Origin: an uncultured Acidimicrobiales bacterium
Lineage (GTDB): Bacteria > Actinomycetota > Acidimicrobiia > Acidimicrobiales > SHLQ01
Direction: 5' to 3'
NCBI GenBank assembly: GCA_938084885.1
Contig: CALKGG010000028.1
Location: forward strand, 7,199 to 71,198
DNA: 64,000 nucleotides
A program made the translations under genes and the position numbers. Under the pieces are notes generated by a model. That model searched no databases, had not been told where the DNA came from, and worked only from the letters and a program-made list of their open reading frames with translations. Shown here in pieces: positions 19,797 through 28,374 of the stretch. Numbering within the stretch: position 1 is the stretch's first letter; each line of letters opens with the position of its first letter.

Positions 19797-21080
19797 CTAG
19801 GTCTCGTCGGGAGCGAAGTCGTCCCAGGTGGGCTGTTCTTCGAGGTCGGCGTTGGCAGCGGCGGTGGGCGGCAGGATCGATGCGGCGAGTGCAGTGGTCA
19901 GCGGGACCGCCCCGATGAGGCCGATCGAACCCGTTAGCGTCCGGACGATCTCGATGGCGATGACCTCAGAGTTCGCTACCTGCGACAGTGTTTGCTCCGA
20001 CGCCGCGAACAACAGCAGCAAAGGCAGGCTCGCACCGGCGTACGCCAACAACAGTGTGTTGACGGTGGCGGCGATGTGATCGCGGCCAACGGACAGCCCT
20101 GCGGCTATGAGACGGCTCGAGGACATCTCGGGGTTGCTGCGGCGAAGCTCGCTCACAAGCGACACCTGGGTGACCGTGACATCGTCGAGTGCACCCAACG
20201 CGCCGATGATGGCGCCACCCAAAAGGACCGAGCTGAGGCGAATGTCTTGACTGAGGATCGGAAGTACGAGCGCCTCGCTGCTCGCGAATCCGGTGAAGTT
20301 GGCGAGCTCGAAAAACACCGCTGACAGCACGAATGTCAACAACAGCGCGGAGATGGTTCCAGTAAGTGCAATCGCTGTCGTCGGGGTGAACCCGTGGGTG
20401 AGAAAAAGGCTGACGAACGCGATGATCGTCGCGGCCACGAGCGCGACGGCGACCGGGTCGTTGCCATCGAGGACCGAGGGCGCGACGTAGCCAACGAGCA
20501 CGAGGAGCGTGATGGACATTGCAAGCAGTGCCAGGAGGCCGCGGACCCGTCCGAAGACGACGACGATGATGGCGAACATGACCGCGAGGATGGCGAGCGG
20601 CGCTTGCCGTGCCTGATCTTCGTAGAAGTAGGTGTTTGTGCCGGGGATGAATCCGAGGACGACCTCATCGCCTGGGTCGAATTCTGGGACGTTGCGCTGG
20701 ATTTCTAGGTTGATCTCCGGTAGCGCGAGCACCGTTCCGGCGTCGGGGCCTTCGAGCACGTCGAGCACGAGTGAACGGCAGTCCTGGGGAAACTCGTTGG
20801 TTGCAAAACTGCATGGAGCGGTTTCAGACGAGACCACAGTAGCTGCAATACGCTGCGTGGACAGGCCAATCTCTTCGGCGGCGGCGATTGCCTCGGCCGT
20901 GCCCTCGCCCGTCGGCCATGTGAACGCAAGGCCAGTGAGAGCGCCGAACAGCGACACGCCAAGGAGCGCGAGAACGAGACGAAGTCGCGTCGATTGCAAC
21001 CAGTCGCCCCACCCGCCGTGGACGTCATCTCCATGTCCGTGGCCGTGCGCGTGGCTGTGTCCGTGTCCCATTCCGGCCAT
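19797..21080 (-). CDS. YibE/F family membrane protein with His-rich N-terminus
   Basis: IIGALGALDDVTVTQ, GRDHIAATVNTLLLAYAGASLPLL and EIVRTL.GSIGL motifs; start 21080 or 21071. Confidence 0.88.
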   Translation of the reverse strand: MAGMGHGHSHAHGHGHGDDVHGGWGDWLQSTRLRLVLALLGVSLFGALTGLAFTWPTGEGTAEAIAAAEEIGLSTQRIAATVVSSETAPCSFATNEFPQDCRSLVLDVLEGPDAGTVLALPEINLEIQRNVPEFDPGDEVVLGFIPGTNTYFYEDQARQAPLAILAVMFAIIVVVFGRVRGLLALLAMSITLLVLVGYVAPSVLDGNDPVAVALVAATIIAFVSLFLTHGFTPTTAIALTGTISALLLTFVLSAVFFELANFTGFASSEALVLPILSQDIRLSSVLLGGAIIGALGALDDVTVTQVSLVSELRRSNPEMSSSRLIAAGLSVGRDHIAATVNTLLLAYAGASLPLLLLFAASEQTLSQVANSEVIAIEIVRTLTGSIGLIGAVPLTTALAASILPPTAAANADLEEQPTWDDFAPDET

Positions 21081-21145
21081 TGTTATGCAGTGCGCTATCG
21101 GCGGGACGGAATCAGGTCTGCTATTTCTTCGCCTAGCATTCGTTG

Positions 21146-23209
21146 ATGGCAACGATTGAAGTCCTCGGAACGTGTCACCATGACTGCCCTGACAGCTGCG
21201 GCTGGGTCGCGACCGCGGTCGATGGGAAACTGACACAGCTTCGAGGGAACCCCGACCACCCGTTTTCTCAGGGCGAATTGTGCCCGAAGGTGTCGAAGTT
21301 CGTTGGCCGAGTGAACCACAACGATCGTGTGCTCCACCCGCTCATCCGCACCGGTGCCAAGGGATCGGGTGAGTTTCGTGAGGCCAGCTGGGACGAAGCG
21401 CTCGACATCGTCGTCACCGAGTTCAACCGAATTCGCAACGAACACGGGGGAGAGGCCATCCTTCCGTGGTGGTCTGCGGGTACACAGGGCCTTATCCAAA
21501 ACCAGGGCGCGGCCCCGTTGCTCTTTGGGCTTCTCGGGACGAGCACACAACACGGAAGTGTCTGTGGCGTCGTTGCTGGTTCAGGTATGGCGACCGTGTA
21601 TGGCGACGGTCTGGGCACCGATCCGCTCCAAGCCGAGCATTCGAACCACATCATCTTGTGGGGTACCAATACCAGACTGACGAACCGCCACTATTGGCCA
21701 ACGGTCGTTGCAGCACAACAGCGCGGAGCGAAGGTCACGGTGATCGATCCAATTCGCACGATCACCGCGGACAAGGCCGATGTGCACCTGCAGCCGTTGC
21801 CGGGCACCGATGTGGCGTTACTGCTGGCGATCATCCATGTGTTGATCGCCGACGGCTTGGTCGATGACGACTACGTGGCGGCGCATGCGTTGGGCTTCGA
21901 CGAGCTAGCCAACCACGTTTCTGACAAGACGCCCGCTTGGGCCGAGCCGCTGTGCGGACTTGAGGCGTCGGTGATTACCGAACTTGCTCGCTCTATCGGC
22001 ACCGAGCCGGCCACGATGCTGCGGGCCCTCATTGGAGCAGAGCACCACTATTCGGGAAGCACGGTGTTCCGGCTGCTGTCGATGATTCCTGTGCTGACTG
22101 GTTCTCACAACGTGCTGGGTGGAGGGTTCGCGCGCAGCGTTGGCTCGTGGTCTGAACGCAACGATGTCGACGTTTCGGCCATGGGTTCGATCTTGGCCGA
22201 GGTCGCGCCAGCGTCTGCGTCGAGGCGCAGCTTTCGCCAACCTGACCTCGGCGTGACTTTGACTGAACTCAACGATCCAATCCACGGGCTCTTTATCTGG
22301 AATGGCAACCCGGTGCTGTCGATCCCGAATTCGGCGGCGATTCGCAGCGGGCTCGAACGCGACGACCTGTTCACTGTGGTGAGCGAACAGTTCATCACCG
22401 ATACTGCGGCCTACGCGGACGTGATCTTTCCAGCGGCGATGGAAACCGAGATGATCGATGTGATGCCGTCGTGGGGTCATCTCTGGTTGGGATGGAACGA
22501 ACCTGCCACCGAGCCGTTGGGCGAAGCGGTTTCGAACACCGAACTGTTCCGTCGACTGGCGACCGCATTCGAGCTCGAACAACGCGAGCTGCACTTCAGT
22601 GATCTCGAACTGGTCGAGCTGATGGTCGGCGACCATGTAGACCTCGAACAGATGCGTCACGATGGTTTCGTTCGGGTAAGCGACTTCCCGGTCGACTATC
22701 TCCCCTATGCGAATGGCGGGTTTCATACGCCGTCGGGCAAGGCCGAGCTCGTCGCTGAGTCCTTTGCCAACCTGGGTGTGAGCTATTTACCGGAGTGGAT
22801 TGCTCCAGACGCCGTGGAAGGCTCGAAGCGATCCGACGGATTTGGTCTGTTCTTGCAGACGCCGAAGAAGGCAACTCGTTTCCTCAACACGTCATATTCG
22901 GGGCTCGCGGCCCACGCGGACAGAGAAACCTCGCCGCACCTCGAACTCGACCCAACAGATGCCGCCGACCGTGGCTTAGTCGCTGGCGACCTGGCCAAGA
23001 TCTTCAACGACCGTGGTGCTCTCGTGCTGCCCGTTGCAATCTCGGACCGGCTCCGACCCGGTGTCGTGAGCGTGCCTTGGGGATACGTGGACTCGGCGTA
23101 CGGCGACGGCGTCGGGTCGATCAACGACCTGACGAACGCATCGAACAGCGAGTTTGGAAACGGCTCCTGCTACGGCGACACCCTGGTCGAAGTGGTCGCT
23201 CTCAGCTAG
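21146..23209 (+). CDS. Molybdopterin-dependent oxidoreductase (DMSO reductase family, N-terminal 4Fe-4S)
   Basis: CHHDCPDSC...GELCPK, WGTN, VIDPIRT.TA, PGTDVAL, TDTAAYADVIFPAA motifs; C-terminal dinucleotide-binding domain; TAGCAT 6 nt before ATG. Confidence 0.88.
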   Translation: MATIEVLGTCHHDCPDSCGWVATAVDGKLTQLRGNPDHPFSQGELCPKVSKFVGRVNHNDRVLHPLIRTGAKGSGEFREASWDEALDIVVTEFNRIRNEHGGEAILPWWSAGTQGLIQNQGAAPLLFGLLGTSTQHGSVCGVVAGSGMATVYGDGLGTDPLQAEHSNHIILWGTNTRLTNRHYWPTVVAAQQRGAKVTVIDPIRTITADKADVHLQPLPGTDVALLLAIIHVLIADGLVDDDYVAAHALGFDELANHVSDKTPAWAEPLCGLEASVITELARSIGTEPATMLRALIGAEHHYSGSTVFRLLSMIPVLTGSHNVLGGGFARSVGSWSERNDVDVSAMGSILAEVAPASASRRSFRQPDLGVTLTELNDPIHGLFIWNGNPVLSIPNSAAIRSGLERDDLFTVVSEQFITDTAAYADVIFPAAMETEMIDVMPSWGHLWLGWNEPATEPLGEAVSNTELFRRLATAFELEQRELHFSDLELVELMVGDHVDLEQMRHDGFVRVSDFPVDYLPYANGGFHTPSGKAELVAESFANLGVSYLPEWIAPDAVEGSKRSDGFGLFLQTPKKATRFLNTSYSGLAAHADRETSPHLELDPTDAADRGLVAGDLAKIFNDRGALVLPVAISDRLRPGVVSVPWGYVDSAYGDGVGSINDLTNASNSEFGNGSCYGDTLVEVVALS

Positions 23210-23272
23210 CAGTCGGCCAGCGGCCAGCCGCGGCCGTATGGGGGCCTGTTGCCAGTGCGCGTGTGCGCTGGG

Positions 23273-23800
23273 TCAGGCGCTAGTCCAGCCTTGGCGGCGT
23301 GCTTCTGAGATCGCGATCGAGGTGGCGACTCCGACGTTGAGCGAACCCACCTTGCCGACCTGTGGAATATATCCCGCACTGTCGAGGAGCGCCAGCGCCT
23401 CCTTGCTAAGGCCCCGATCTTCGTGTCCAACAACGAGGCAAACGTTTCCCGAGAGATCGACATCATGGAGCGGCGACGCGTCGTCAGCCAGTTCGATGCC
23501 GACGATCTCGTAGCCCTGTGCCCGAGCAGCGGTGATTGCCTCGGTCGGCGTTTCGACCGTGGTCCATTCGACGTATCGCTGCGTGCCGAGCGCTGTTTTG
23601 TTGGTCTTGTTGTGGGTGGGGGACTCGGTCGCGCCGACGAGCCACAGGTGGTCAACACCGAGCGCCGCGCTGGTTCGAATGATCGTTCCCACGTTGTACG
23701 GCGTCTGCACACTGTCGAGAATCAGCGAGATCTTCTGCGTTGTGGTCCGGCGCCAGTCTCGGTGGAGGCGTTTGAGTCCGGTCGGGTCCAGGTTCTTCAT
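23273..23800 (-). CDS. SpoU/TrmH family RNA methyltransferase
   Basis: LDSVQTPYNVGTIIRT, VGHEDRGLS and IPQVGKVGSLNV motifs. Confidence 0.9.
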   Translation of the reverse strand: MKNLDPTGLKRLHRDWRRTTTQKISLILDSVQTPYNVGTIIRTSAALGVDHLWLVGATESPTHNKTNKTALGTQRYVEWTTVETPTEAITAARAQGYEIVGIELADDASPLHDVDLSGNVCLVVGHEDRGLSKEALALLDSAGYIPQVGKVGSLNVGVATSIAISEARRQGWTSA

Positions 23801-24495
23801 CGATCGTCAGCATTCGTGTTGGTCTGGCGGGGGAGCGTTTCGAGGATACGAAAGCCCTTGCGGCTACCGAGCTTGGTGGTTGCCCACCCGTTGGCGGTCA
23901 GCCAGGTGGTGAGCGAGTCCGAGCCGAGGTGTTTCTGCACGACCATCCATGCTCGACCATCGGGGGTGAGCCGGTCGAGCCACAGCGTCAAGAGCTCGTG
24001 CAGCGCCTCTTTGCCGATGCGGATCGGCGGGTTTGAGAGAATCACGTCGAAACACACATTGGTGGGAAGGTCGTCCGGAGTCGCGAAGGTGACGTTGGTG
24101 ATCCCATTGTCGCGAGCGTTTGTGCGGGCGAGTTCGAGAGCACGGGTGTTCACATCGACGCCCCACACAGCCGCCTGGGGCGCTCGCCTCGCCGCGGTGA
24201 GTGCAATCGGGCCGTAGCCGCAGCCGAGGTCGAGAATGTTCGCTGCACCGGCGGGAATCGGCGGGTGCGTTTGCAGGAGGTAGCGGCTTCCCGAATCGAC
24301 CTTCTGGTTCGAAAAAACGCCGCTGTCGGTGCCGAGCGTCAAGAACACATCGGGAAGGACCAGTTCGATCGTGCGGGGATTCGACGCGGCCGACGGTTCG
24401 GCATCGAAATATTGGCCGCCCGCAGCGTGAGCGCTGTTGCTCGCAGCGTGAGCGCTGTCACCCGCAGAGTTTTCGTTCGCATCGGTCGAAGGCAC
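23797..24495 (-). CDS. Class I SAM-dependent methyltransferase (RsmC/MTS-like)
   Basis: GVFS..VD.GS, LDLGCGYGPI and SNPPIRIGK motifs; GTG 24495 preceded by TACCGT. Confidence 0.88.
   Translation of the reverse strand: MPSTDANENSAGDSAHAASNSAHAAGGQYFDAEPSAASNPRTIELVLPDVFLTLGTDSGVFSNQKVDSGSRYLLQTHPPIPAGAANILDLGCGYGPIALTAARRAPQAAVWGVDVNTRALELARTNARDNGITNVTFATPDDLPTNVCFDVILSNPPIRIGKEALHELLTLWLDRLTPDGRAWMVVQKHLGSDSLTTWLTANGWATTKLGSRKGFRILETLPRQTNTNADDR
24421..24458. repeat. 21-bp-period tandem duplication in the methyltransferase N-terminus (SAHAA x2)
   Basis: CGCAGCGTGAGCGCTGT at 24421-37 and 24442-58. Confidence 0.85.
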
Positions 24496-24501
24496 CCCGC
24501 A

Positions 24502-24511
24502 ACGGTATCGT
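24502..24511. promoter_or_regulatory. Bidirectional promoter: overlapping -10 elements TACCGT (minus) and TATCGT (plus)
   Basis: ACGGTATCGT lies between divergent start codons at 24495 (-) and 24517/24520 (+). Confidence 0.65.
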
Positions 24512-24516
24512 GGAAG

Positions 24517-25095
24517 GTGATGAGCGCTCCGTATCGCATTCGCCATTACGGCGACCCAGTCCTGAAACAGGTAGCCAACGAGGTCACCGACATCGATGGG
24601 TCCCTCGTCCGTCTCGTCAACGACATGCTCGAAACGATGTACGACGAGCCGGGCCTCGGGCTGGCAGCTCCACAAGTTGGTGTTCGCAAGCGACTATTTG
24701 TCTATGACCTGGCCGAAGAAGACTACGACCCCCACGCCCTCATCAACCCCGAGATCGTCGAATCCGATGGCGAATGGGAGTTCAACGAAGGATGCCTCTC
24801 TGTCCCCGGACTTTCATGGCATATCGTGCGTCCAAAGACCGTCCATATTCGCGGCTACGACCTCGACGGCAACGAAGTTAACATCGAAGCCGACGAACTC
24901 GAAGCGCGGCTTTTCCAACACGAACTCGACCACCTCAATGGTGTACTGCTCGTCGAACATCTCGACGACGATCAGATGAAGGAAGCAAAGAAGATCCTTC
25001 GCGAGCGAGCCGAACAGGGCGACGGAACCGCCGAGGCCATGAGCGCCGAGCTCGGGCTGACGCTGCCAAAGCCCGGCGGGCTTTCGCTGCCGTAA
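24517..25095 (+). CDS. def: Peptide deformylase
   Basis: GLGLAAPQVG, EGCLSVP and QHELDHLNG motifs; start GTG 24517 or ATG 24520. Confidence 0.96.
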   Translation: MMSAPYRIRHYGDPVLKQVANEVTDIDGSLVRLVNDMLETMYDEPGLGLAAPQVGVRKRLFVYDLAEEDYDPHALINPEIVESDGEWEFNEGCLSVPGLSWHIVRPKTVHIRGYDLDGNEVNIEADELEARLFQHELDHLNGVLLVEHLDDDQMKEAKKILRERAEQGDGTAEAMSAELGLTLPKPGGLSLP

Positions 25096-25103
25096 GGCAA
25101 CCC

Positions 25104-26048
25104 GTGTCCTCGTCCCCAATGCTGCCGCTCCCACCGTCGAGCCCCGATGACATCGGCCGTATCGCATTCCTTGGCACACCCAGCATTGCGGTGCCGACGC
25201 TCCAAGCAATCATCGATGCTGACTACGACGTGGCGCTGGTGGTATCAGGCGCCGACAAACGTCGGGGCCGGGGCAAAGAAACATCGCCGACCCCGGTGAA
25301 AGCACTGGCACTCGAATACGACATTGCCACCTCAGCCAACGTCGACGATCTGCTCGCCGTGCACGAATCAGACCCGATCGACCTCGCCGTCGTCGTGGCC
25401 TTTGGGCAAATCATTCGGACCAATGTGTTGATGCAGATCCCGATGATCAACCTGCACTTCTCTGCGCTGCCTCGATGGCGCGGTGCAGCCCCGGTCGAAC
25501 GAGCCATCCTCGAAGGCGATAACGCAACGGCGATCGACGTGATCACCGTGGCCGAAGGCCTCGACGAAGGCGACATTTGGGCAGAGCTTCCGTGGCCGAT
25601 TTCGCCCGATGCCACGCTGCTCGAGACGTGGAACGACATGGCCCACGCCGGTGCCCAACTCATCGTCGGCACAATGCAGGCCGGTTTCACAAACCCGAGG
25701 GCACAAACGGGTGACCCCGTCTATGCAAAGAAGATCCAAAACCACGACCTTCGACTCGACTGGACCAAAACCGCAGTCGAACTCCACCGGCTCATTCGCA
25801 TCGGCAACGCGTGGACCGAATACGACGGGCAGCGGTTCAAGATCCACGACGCCACCGTCGAGCCTGAGTCAAACCTCACCGCTGGCGAGATTGGCGACCT
25901 CGTTGCTGGGACCGGCGATGGCGGTCTGCGGCTCGTGACTGTTCAACCGGCCGGAAAACCCCGAATGGACGCCGAGGCGTGGGTACATGGGGCCCAGCCG
26001 AATGGGCAATTCTTCGATACCGAAAGCACTTGTGACGAACGCTCCTGA
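25104..26048 (+). CDS. fmt: Methionyl-tRNA formyltransferase
   Basis: FLGTP, DKRRGRG and NLHFSALPRWRGAAPV motifs. Confidence 0.95.
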   Translation: MSSSPMLPLPPSSPDDIGRIAFLGTPSIAVPTLQAIIDADYDVALVVSGADKRRGRGKETSPTPVKALALEYDIATSANVDDLLAVHESDPIDLAVVVAFGQIIRTNVLMQIPMINLHFSALPRWRGAAPVERAILEGDNATAIDVITVAEGLDEGDIWAELPWPISPDATLLETWNDMAHAGAQLIVGTMQAGFTNPRAQTGDPVYAKKIQNHDLRLDWTKTAVELHRLIRIGNAWTEYDGQRFKIHDATVEPESNLTAGEIGDLVAGTGDGGLRLVTVQPAGKPRMDAEAWVHGAQPNGQFFDTESTCDERS

Positions 26049-27210
26049 ACCATCCAAGACGAACGGCGTCATTGCGCGCCGTCTCGCCATCGACGCGTTG
26101 GAACGGATCGAGGTCGATGGGGCATACGCCAACTTGTTGGTCCCAAAGCTGCTCGAAGAGTCGAACCTCGACGATCGCGATCGCGGGTTCATAACCCAGA
26201 TTGTCTACGGCGCAACCCGGATGAAACGGGCACTCGATTACCTCGTCGACCGTTACGTCGATCGTGATGACGTCGACTCTCGGGCCCGTGCGGCTCTTCG
26301 AGTCGGTGCATACCAGCTGGCCTATATGCGAACGCCTTCTCATGCTGCGGTCGACGCAACCGTCGCCGCAACGCCCAAGCGGGCACGCGGATTCGTTAAC
26401 GCCGTGCTTCGTAAGGTCGCAACGGCGGGTTCTGCCGACGACACGACGTGGCCCAACGACAGCCTCCGGCTCAGCTATCCGGACTGGCTCGTGAAGCGTC
26501 TCGATGTCGATCTCGGCGCGCGCTCCCATGGGGTGCTCGCGGCGATGAACGAGGCCGCGACCACCCATGTTCGCCTCGACGGCTATCGACAAGACCTCGC
26601 GTCTCAAGAAGTGGCGTCGCTCATCTCAGTCGACCCCGGCGGGTTGGTGTACGACCTCTGCGCTGCCCCTGGAGGCAAAGCCACCTTTATTGCGGGCGCC
26701 AATAACGGAAGCATCGTGATTGGCTCCGACCTTCACGAACACCGTGCGGGTCTGGTGCAAACCGCAGCCGAAGACACCTCGGTGCCCGGCGCTGAACCAA
26801 ACGTGCACGCCCTCGTCGCCGATGCCACCAATGCGCCCTACCGTGCAGCGAGCGCGCAGGCAGTGCTCATCGACGCGCCGTGCTCGGGGCTTGGCTCGCT
26901 TCGGCGCCGTCCCGACGCCCGTTGGCGAATCAAGCCCGCCGACATCGACAACTTGGCCAGTCTGCAATTCGAACTCATTGCCGCAGCAGCCAAACTCGTC
27001 GCGCCATCCGGACAGGTGCTGTTTTCGGTGTGCACGCTCACCGCGGCCGAATCAATAGCCGTCGACGAACGCGTCGCGACCGAGCTTCCCGAGCTCGAGC
27101 CCCAGCCGCTCACCGAACCGTGGGAACAGTTCGGCCGAGGTGGCCGCTTACTCCCCGACACCTTCGAGGGTGACGGAATGGCGGCGTTCAACTATCGGCG
27201 CGTGCCCTAG
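26032..27210 (+). CDS. rsmB: 16S rRNA m5C methyltransferase RsmB/Sun (NusB-like N-domain)
   Basis: GFVNAVLR, DLCAAPGGK, DAPCSGLG..RRRPD and SVCT motifs; follows fmt; start uncertain. Confidence 0.9.
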   Translation: MTNAPEPSKTNGVIARRLAIDALERIEVDGAYANLLVPKLLEESNLDDRDRGFITQIVYGATRMKRALDYLVDRYVDRDDVDSRARAALRVGAYQLAYMRTPSHAAVDATVAATPKRARGFVNAVLRKVATAGSADDTTWPNDSLRLSYPDWLVKRLDVDLGARSHGVLAAMNEAATTHVRLDGYRQDLASQEVASLISVDPGGLVYDLCAAPGGKATFIAGANNGSIVIGSDLHEHRAGLVQTAAEDTSVPGAEPNVHALVADATNAPYRAASAQAVLIDAPCSGLGSLRRRPDARWRIKPADIDNLASLQFELIAAAAKLVAPSGQVLFSVCTLTAAESIAVDERVATELPELEPQPLTEPWEQFGRGGRLLPDTFEGDGMAAFNYRRVP

Positions 27211-28359
27211 TTACACATAGCTACGTTTGGCGACCTCTTCGAGCATGACCTCGGTTGCGCCGCCGCCAATCGGCAGGATTCGAGCGTCGCGGGCCATGCG
27301 ATCGATCGCTGACTCGCTCATGTAGCCCATTCCACCATGGAATTGCACGCAGTCGTACATGACCTCGTTGATTGCTTCGCAACCCCACGCCTTGATCGCC
27401 GACATTTCCTTGACGTTGTCCTCTCCCTGATCGCCAAGCCACGCCGCGTGATACATCGCTGCACGAGCAGCATCGATCTTTGCTTGGTTCATGCCCATCC
27501 GTTGACGGATAGCGCCAAGGTCGAACAACTTGCCGCCAAAGGCTCCACGCTCTTGGCAGTATTCGTTCGTGAGATCGATCGCTGCCTGCGCGGCTCCGAC
27601 GCCCATACCAACGAGCACCATTCGCTCGTTCTGGAAGTTCTTCATTGTCTCGTAGAAACCCCGGTGCTCGGTGCCGAGCAAGTTCTCTTGGGGAACCCAC
27701 ACATCGTCGAAGATCAGCTCGGCAGTATCGCTCGAAAGCCAGCCGTGCTTCTTCAGTTTCTTGCCGACCGTGAACCCTTCGGTGCCTTGGTCGACGAGGA
27801 ACATCGAGATGCCGTACTTATTTGTTTCGTCGGTGCGGGCAGCAACGATGACGGTGTCCCCGTATACGCCGTTGGTGATGTACAGCTTCGTGCCGTTGAG
27901 GCGCCACCCATCGCCATCTTTGACCGCGGTGGTGCGAATGCCTGCCACGTCAGAGCCTGCATCGGGTTCGCTCACGCCGACGGCCATGATGTGGGTGCCG
28001 GCCATGATGCCGGGAAGGTATCGGTCGAACTGTTCTTGGTTGCCCGAGTTGATCAGATGGGGCGACGACATGTCGGTGTGCACAAGGCAGGTGACGTCGA
28101 AACCTGCAAAGGTCGACGACCCCAACGCCTCGGAGAACACCGCACTCGCCACATAGCCCATGCCCAAACCGCCGTGCTCCTCGGGCACTCGCAACGAGAA
28201 CATGCCGAGCGAACCCATCGTGGCGAGAACGTCGCGCGGTACCTTGCCCGCCTCCTCCCACGCCTCACCGTGCGGCGTCACTTCTTTTTGGACGAACTCG
28301 ACGGTTTGGTCGTAGATGGCTTCGAGTTCGTTGGTCATATAGGCGTTGCGCAGTGTCAT
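27211..28359 (-). CDS. Acyl-CoA dehydrogenase
   Basis: SEPDAGSDVA, LNGTKLYITNG, QFHGGMGY and RILPIGGGATEV motifs. Confidence 0.93.
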   Translation of the reverse strand: MTLRNAYMTNELEAIYDQTVEFVQKEVTPHGEAWEEAGKVPRDVLATMGSLGMFSLRVPEEHGGLGMGYVASAVFSEALGSSTFAGFDVTCLVHTDMSSPHLINSGNQEQFDRYLPGIMAGTHIMAVGVSEPDAGSDVAGIRTTAVKDGDGWRLNGTKLYITNGVYGDTVIVAARTDETNKYGISMFLVDQGTEGFTVGKKLKKHGWLSSDTAELIFDDVWVPQENLLGTEHRGFYETMKNFQNERMVLVGMGVGAAQAAIDLTNEYCQERGAFGGKLFDLGAIRQRMGMNQAKIDAARAAMYHAAWLGDQGEDNVKEMSAIKAWGCEAINEVMYDCVQFHGGMGYMSESAIDRMARDARILPIGGGATEVMLEEVAKRSYV

Positions 28360-28374
28360 GTGGGGCCTCGTACG

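Noticed and set aside
21146-23209. Selenocysteine-containing formate dehydrogenase
   Set aside because: No in-frame TGA and no formate dehydrogenase active-site motif.
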